Assembly (NCBI RefSeq): GCF_036323395.1
Contig: NZ_AP028907.1
Span: 210,001-242,000, forward strand
Reading direction: 5' to 3'
Origin: Pyrodictium abyssi
Lineage (GTDB): Archaea > Thermoproteota > Thermoprotei_A > Sulfolobales > Pyrodictiaceae
DNA: 32,000 nt
Positions within the stretch are counted from its first letter, which is position 1, and each line of letters starts with the position of its first letter. Positions 17,783-23,066 of this stretch are shown piece after piece. Under the pieces are notes generated by a model, which did no database searches, was not told where the DNA came from, and saw only the letters and a program-made list of their open reading frames with translations. The position numbers and the translations under genes are program-made.

Positions 17783-19351
17783 CTATATGAGCTGGAGCGA
17801 GTAGGCGAGCAGATAGACGCCAGCCGCGACGAGTATTAGGCCGCCGACCCGGCTGAGGAGGGTGTAACGCCCCATTATCCTGTTTACTATGCTACCGCCT
17901 AGCCTGCCTGCAGCATAGACCGCTGCTGCCAGGGGGATACTGACGCCAGCCGCGAAGCTAGCAGCCACTAGTAGGCCGGAGGACGTGCTCCCGATGCCCG
18001 CTGCTAGGAGGAGAGCCCCGGCTACCAGTGGCAGGTTGCACTGGACAGCCAGGAAGCCGTAAACGGCGCAGAAGCCCGTCAAGCCACCGCGCCGCGCGCT
18101 GACGATGCCCTCTAGCTCTACTGGGACGCCGAGTATACTCGCTACGCCCGCAGCTATGACGGCTGCAGCTACTACGGGCAGGAGTATGCTCTGGATAGAC
18201 GCTGCCAGGCTAGAGGCAGAGACGAAGAGCACGCCGATCGCTATTACCCCCGCGAAGGCTGCCACACCGCACGCAATACACCTTGACGCCGTCAGAGCCC
18301 TGCCCGAGGCTCCTACCACGCTGACATAGGTCACCAGCAGCGGGAGCACACACGGAGAAAACGCGGCCACTATGCCGGCCGCTAGCGCCGCTAGAGCGCC
18401 GACGATGCTGGCACTGGTGGCTGCTACGGAAGCCTCGGCTGGGGCCTCCTGCCGCTGGACGGCTGTTACAGCTGTAGCGTTTATCTTAGGCTTGGGCTGG
18501 ATTATCGCTGGAGGCTCCTTGCCCTCGAGTACTGCCGACGCGTAGTCGAGGAGGTATGAAATCCTGTCAATCTCGTAGGACGTGAGGTCAGGGATATACT
18601 TCCGCATTGTCTTTACCGCGTCCGAGATAGCGCCATAGCTCCCGTATAGCTCGCGTAGCGTCATGTTTTTCTCCAGGGCCTCAGCCAGCCTCTTTGAGAG
18701 GAGGTCTGGCTCGCCTCTACGTGAGTCTAGCCAGGCCTTTAGCGACTCACGGTCAAGCCCAGCTATTCTACCGTGGCATGAGGAGCACCTATTGTTGAAT
18801 ATGCGTAGGCCTTCCTCGGCTAGCTTCTGCGGGTCTGAGACCACGCTGAGGCCTGCAGAGAAGAGCGCCCAGTTGAGCATAGTATCAGTTATGTTGTCGC
18901 CTCCAAATGCGCCTACGTGGCGGGCTACAGGCTGACCCCCCACGAACACGATGAACGTCGGGGTATCGATCACCCGGTACCGCCTAAACGCCTCCTCAGT
19001 AGCCGGGCTGAAGACTATGTGGTAGAACTGTACCGGGAGTATATTGCTCCGGCGCTCGAGCACAGCCCAGTATGGGTGCATCTGTTTACACGTGGGACAT
19101 GTAGGAGACTCGAACATCACTGCTACCGGCTTCGCCGAGGAGCCTATTATCTTCTCGAGCATACTGGAGCTGGATATAGCATACTCGTCCACGCTCATAT
19201 AGTAGTTTGCTATCCCCTGCTCCTGGCTGAGAAGTAGCGCTGCAACCAGAGCACCAGCAGCCACCAGGGCTACAAGTAGTAGGCCTGCCTTCTTCTCCTT
19301 CTGGAACCCGCGGAGATCCAGGCGCATCCTACGAGAGCCCTGCATATCCAC
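17783..19351 (-). CDS. Tri-domain fusion: TM anchor, thioredoxin-like domain (CPTC), class-I cytochrome c-like domain (CSSCH), CcdA/DsbD-type transmembrane thiol reductant transporter
   Basis: 522 aa. CPTC was verified at 19088-19099 in the context ESPTCPTCKQMHPYW. CSSCH was verified at 18773-18787 in the context GLRIFNNRCSSCHG. The C-terminal ~210 aa carry the two CcdA Cys-Pro motifs (FSPCVLPLL and VQCNLPLV) within six hydrophobic helices. Possible starts are GTG 19351, ATG 19345 or ATG 19327. Confidence 0.8.
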   Translation of the reverse strand: MDMQGSRRMRLDLRGFQKEKKAGLLLVALVAAGALVAALLLSQEQGIANYYMSVDEYAISSSSMLEKIIGSSAKPVAVMFESPTCPTCKQMHPYWAVLERRSNILPVQFYHIVFSPATEEAFRRYRVIDTPTFIVFVGGQPVARHVGAFGGDNITDTMLNWALFSAGLSVVSDPQKLAEEGLRIFNNRCSSCHGRIAGLDRESLKAWLDSRRGEPDLLSKRLAEALEKNMTLRELYGSYGAISDAVKTMRKYIPDLTSYEIDRISYLLDYASAVLEGKEPPAIIQPKPKINATAVTAVQRQEAPAEASVAATSASIVGALAALAAGIVAAFSPCVLPLLVTYVSVVGASGRALTASRCIACGVAAFAGVIAIGVLFVSASSLAASIQSILLPVVAAAVIAAGVASILGVPVELEGIVSARRGGLTGFCAVYGFLAVQCNLPLVAGALLLAAGIGSTSSGLLVAASFAAGVSIPLAAAVYAAGRLGGSIVNRIMGRYTLLSRVGGLILVAAGVYLLAYSLQLI

Positions 19352-19496
19352 ACACCAGCTAGCTCCATGTAGACTGCTCTTATCCCTTCGCCGTACTTGT
19401 GTTAAAGACGCACCTCGTAATCCCCTATAATTGTTTTATCTAGAAACATTGCGCCAATATTAACGATACATGGCTCTAAGAACGATTTGTCCACGG

Positions 19497-20168
19497 CTAG
19501 ATCGCCTCGAGTACGTAGCGCGAAAGCCACACTGTCATCCCCGTGAACGTAAGCGCTGCAAGTGCAAGCCAAACCACCTCCGTAGCGTTGACAGCGCCGC
19601 CCGCGAGGGCTGCAACTATGCTAGGTACAGCCGACTGCACGTAGGGCAGAACTAAGACTAGCACCATAACCGGCATTAACACTGCACGGGCTTCGCTGAA
19701 CACTAGTATAGCGGAGGTAAAACTGGAGACAGCGGCAAGATACATACTCGAAACAAGCGCCAGCAGAAACACAGTAGGGCTAACCACGCTCTCCATCTGG
19801 GCGAAGAACCCCATAGCTAGGAGAAACACGAGCGTCTGCACAGAGACCACTATGAAACTATACACGAACTTAGCCAGAAAAACTGTCTCTGCGCCTACCG
19901 GCGCAAGGCGGAGGCCATCAAGCGTGCCTCGGTCGGCCTCACGGACAAAGCTAGACAGGCTCCCAAAGACTGCAAGGAACACAAGTACTAGTACGAAGGC
20001 TACGCTGGCTGCCGCCGTATTTACGCCCGCTGCCCCCCTCATCACATACGCGGAGAGAACACCGGCAGCCAGCGAAAATACAAGCATGGAGCCAGCTTCT
20101 ACGCGGCGACGGAGATCGAGCAGTATATCCCTACGCACAATAGCCGCGACAGCACCTACTACGCTCAC
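19497..20168 (-). CDS. ccmB: CcmB haem exporter permease
   Basis: 223 aa with six hydrophobic helices. FVREADRGTLDGLRLAPVGAETVFLAK resembles the conserved CcmB block (E. coli LFRDDLQDGSLEQLMLLP...LAK, recalled from memory). It uses a GTG start preceded by GGGGGAGG. Confidence 0.8.
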   Translation of the reverse strand: MSVVGAVAAIVRRDILLDLRRRVEAGSMLVFSLAAGVLSAYVMRGAAGVNTAAASVAFVLVLVFLAVFGSLSSFVREADRGTLDGLRLAPVGAETVFLAKFVYSFIVVSVQTLVFLLAMGFFAQMESVVSPTVFLLALVSSMYLAAVSSFTSAILVFSEARAVLMPVMVLVLVLPYVQSAVPSIVAALAGGAVNATEVVWLALAALTFTGMTVWLSRYVLEAI

Positions 20169-20244
20169 ACCCTCCCCCAGGGTTCACGCGTCCACATCCC
20201 TAAACTCATTAATAGCTACGCCTATGAAGACTGGCTGCAGACGC

Positions 20245-21120
20245 TTATGCTAGTACCGCTTCCTCTATCTCGGGCTTCGTCTTGACACGCTCTACGCGCT
20301 GCCTGGAACCAAGCCGCCCCTCTACGACATCGGTCTGCCGGCTTCCGTAGAGGGCTCTCCCGACTATGTAGTGCGGCAGCTCGTGCCGCACGAAGGCGTC
20401 TACAATCTTGGCCTCGGCTCTTCGGAGGAGCTCTGCCAGAGTCGATACCGAGAGCCCGAGCTTTGCAGCAAGCCCCTTCAGGCTAATCCTCCGCGGGAAG
20501 CTATAGTAGCCCATAAGGTAGGCGTATATTATGGCCAACTCCTGCTTCTCTGTCAGCATGTAGTCGTACTCATCTATACCATGGCTGTGGACTGGCTTAC
20601 AGCCCCAACGCTGCAGCTCATCATAAGCGCTCCCACGTGCAACAATGAACTCGTAGAGAGCACCCATAGGGGTTATAACTACTGATTTTACCATTGAGCC
20701 TAGAGGCGTTGAAAGGAGTGGGCATTTTCCACACGAGGCGTCCGATAGACACTTGCCACACTTATTCTTCGATATGAGTATCCGCAGAACACGGTTGAAC
20801 TTATTCGAGTAGACTTGCTGAAAGTATACTTCTTTGGCAAGACGTAGTTGGCGCTCAAAGCTTGCAATAAGCTCCTTGTCGCCGCTTACTCGGGCCCATA
20901 TCTCGGTATACTCTTCATCATAAAGGTTTACACGTAGTATACGGAGAGCTAGTCTCGTAGCCCCATCCCCACCTATAATACCGTCCACATGCGTATTGGG
21001 GCCACTCTGCTCTTGTAGCCCGGCCGAAGCATAGGCAGCCCGTACTACCTCGTATAGCGGGCAATTCATCTCGCGTAGGCAGTATAGCACGAATGGCGGC
21101 TTGTACGACAAGCTATACAC
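20245..21120 (-). CDS. Transcriptional regulator with C-terminal HTH_10 (bacterio-opsin-activator-type) domain and an internal CX2CX5CX2C motif
   Basis: The C-terminal block LTEKQELAIIYAYLMGYYSFPRRISLKGLAAKLGLSVSTLAELLRRAEAKIV matches the HTH_10 pattern (LTxxQ...GYFxxPR...LAxxLGISxxTxxxHLRxAExK). The motif CGKCLSDASCGKC was verified at 20722-20760. The true start may be ATG 21069 (MNCPLYE) rather than GTG 21120. Confidence 0.65.
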   Translation of the reverse strand: MYSLSYKPPFVLYCLREMNCPLYEVVRAAYASAGLQEQSGPNTHVDGIIGGDGATRLALRILRVNLYDEEYTEIWARVSGDKELIASFERQLRLAKEVYFQQVYSNKFNRVLRILISKNKCGKCLSDASCGKCPLLSTPLGSMVKSVVITPMGALYEFIVARGSAYDELQRWGCKPVHSHGIDEYDYMLTEKQELAIIYAYLMGYYSFPRRISLKGLAAKLGLSVSTLAELLRRAEAKIVDAFVRHELPHYIVGRALYGSRQTDVVEGRLGSRQRVERVKTKPEIEEAVLA

Positions 21121-21285
21121 CCCAAGGAGTGGCGGGCACCTCCAAGCGACCCGCTACGCTCATATCTATGAGGCACCGAATTCACGTTATAAATTCTGCC
21201 CCCATGAATAAGTACAAAATACAGATATCTAAAGTATTTCAATCTTTATACATTTAATATTATAAATAAGGATTAATGCATAGCG
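21121..21285 (-). promoter_or_regulatory. Very A+T-rich intergenic region upstream of the regulator gene
   Basis: The minus strand reads ...ccttatttataatattaaatgtataaagattgaaatactttagatatctgtattttgtactt..., which offers multiple TATA-like boxes and T-tracts. It probably acts as both the terminator for the protease gene and the promoter for the regulator. Confidence 0.3.
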
Positions 21286-22848
21286 CTACTCTCCTCCGCC
21301 CCTCCTACTACACAGGCCTCTAAATGCAAGATAAGCGAGCACACAGGCACTGAGGCTCAGGGTAGACGCATACACCATACCGAGACCGCCAAAGTCAGAT
21401 GAACATGGTGTACACGTAGCATTAGCGCTCGTGATATTAGTACTACCTGCAAAGTCGTAGTTCATAGCTACGCCACGAGCCGAAGACGCCGCCACGTACA
21501 CAGTATCCTGGGGTTCTCCGACGATCTGGGAACAGCCTACTTGCCCATCATTACCCTGGGCGTCTGCAGCGTTCTGAAGGCCGTGCCCAATACGCTTTTC
21601 AACTAATTTGCCGGTAATATCTTCTAGATGAAATACGCTTGTATCGATAAACGGCCAATTTGATGAGCCTCTACTAGCTGCCTCAAACACCTTACCCATA
21701 GCTGTTTCAAGACGCTCTCTGCACTGCAGTGGCGCTCCGGAAGACATCATCATCGCTATGTCTAGCAGGCTCACCGGCCTCCTCCGCCTGCTCGTCAATG
21801 ACTCGTTATAGAGCATGCTTACCACATTCATGTATAGGTCCTCCCTGCACGCTTCCACGCCTGCATACCATAGCGCAGCATTGGCCCTCATCCATATAGC
21901 GTATTGTTCGCCAGCTTCAAGCATTGCGCGTAGGTAGCTAGACGCTATCTCGTACAATTTAGGGCTCATGTCATGGAGAGCCTTTATCGCCAGGAACTCG
22001 GCGGCCGCCTCCTGGAAGCTAAAGTCTCCATAAAGCATACCATGATTAAACCATCCATGCACCGCCTCATGTGCCATCGTGTGGACCAGCCACGAGATGT
22101 CATCTAACTGGCTAGAACCTATCTTCATGTATACAACGCCGCCCATGCTGTGAGCGCTGCCGGGCGGCTGTAGATAATGCTCCTTAGCCCCAACCAAGAC
22201 TATCACAACGGGAGCACGGGGGCTTGGCCCAAGCCACCTGGATAACGCTGTACGCACCGCGACAACGCTCTCAACAGCGTATTCGACAACATCACTTCTT
22301 ATACCACGCGCCGATACCACCGTGATATTGACGCTGTCAAGATCCTCCACCCTATACACGGAAGCATTAGCTACCACTATACCATCAAACACATAGTACT
22401 CGGCAAAGGACGCGGCATCAAGCGTGTATGGTCCACCGAGAGGGCCGTAACCACGCCAGTCTAGGCTGCTTCTAACAATATATCCTTCAGGAGCCTTTAC
22501 AGTCACCCGAATAGAGCTGTTGCCGCCGACTGCGGCTAGAAGCTGTATCTCTGATATTGCAGCATAGCATACTCTATCCAACACATAGTAGAGCGGAGCC
22601 ACGACTATGCTATCGGATATATCACGTGTCTGAACATAGTAGGCATTTGGCCTCAGCACTCCGGAGCATTCTATTGTATTTACGCCCTCTAGCCTTACCT
22701 TCATATCCCATGCCGACTCGTCTATGGGCTTAACAAATACAATAGTGAGATTATAGCCCGGAGTCTGTTCAGACATGGCATGTGCTACATGCAGTGCTAC
22801 TATAGCGGTCATTAGCACCGCTGCCGAAACTAGACGGTATAGGGACAT
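21286..22848 (-). CDS. Exported, C-terminally membrane-anchored zinc metalloprotease-like protein (HExxH...E gluzincin, M1-like motif)
   Basis: 520 aa with an N-terminal signal (MSLYRLVSAAVLMTAIVALHVAHA). The block MAHEAVHGWFNHGMLYGDFSFQEAAAEF resembles the M1 pattern HExxHxWF...E. There are 7 N-x-S/T sequons and a C-terminal TM helix with an RRGGGE tail. By eye the gene has lower GC than its neighbours. Confidence 0.5.
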   Translation of the reverse strand: MSLYRLVSAAVLMTAIVALHVAHAMSEQTPGYNLTIVFVKPIDESAWDMKVRLEGVNTIECSGVLRPNAYYVQTRDISDSIVVAPLYYVLDRVCYAAISEIQLLAAVGGNSSIRVTVKAPEGYIVRSSLDWRGYGPLGGPYTLDAASFAEYYVFDGIVVANASVYRVEDLDSVNITVVSARGIRSDVVEYAVESVVAVRTALSRWLGPSPRAPVVIVLVGAKEHYLQPPGSAHSMGGVVYMKIGSSQLDDISWLVHTMAHEAVHGWFNHGMLYGDFSFQEAAAEFLAIKALHDMSPKLYEIASSYLRAMLEAGEQYAIWMRANAALWYAGVEACREDLYMNVVSMLYNESLTSRRRRPVSLLDIAMMMSSGAPLQCRERLETAMGKVFEAASRGSSNWPFIDTSVFHLEDITGKLVEKRIGHGLQNAADAQGNDGQVGCSQIVGEPQDTVYVAASSARGVAMNYDFAGSTNITSANATCTPCSSDFGGLGMVYASTLSLSACVLAYLAFRGLCSRRGGGE

Positions 22849-23016
22849 GGGCTTCGCCTCTGTCTTCTATCACTCATCATTCTCTGAGAACTAGGAGTAA
22901 TTGTACTTTATGTAGCTGTTAGGAAGGGAGGACAATGGATTATCTAGCCATTAGGGGGTAGACGCCTTCTTTTGCACGGGAAATGATGCAAATGTGGACT
23001 AATTGGATTATAGGGG

Positions 23017-23024
23017 TAAAAACA
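23017..23024 (-). terminator. T5 tract downstream of the octahaem cytochrome gene
   Basis: The minus strand reads ...caactgtttttacccc about 45 nt after the stop codon at 23067. Confidence 0.3.
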
Positions 23025-23066
23025 GTTGGGCTTGTCCTCTCCTAGGGCCTAAGAGACTATATGTTG

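Noticed and set aside
22871-22890. ATGATGA (C-box-like) on the minus strand and CTGA on the plus strand in the protease upstream region, as a possible C/D-box sRNA
   Set aside because: No matching D box (CUGA) lies at the expected 50-70 nt distance on the same strand, and no terminal stem is present.
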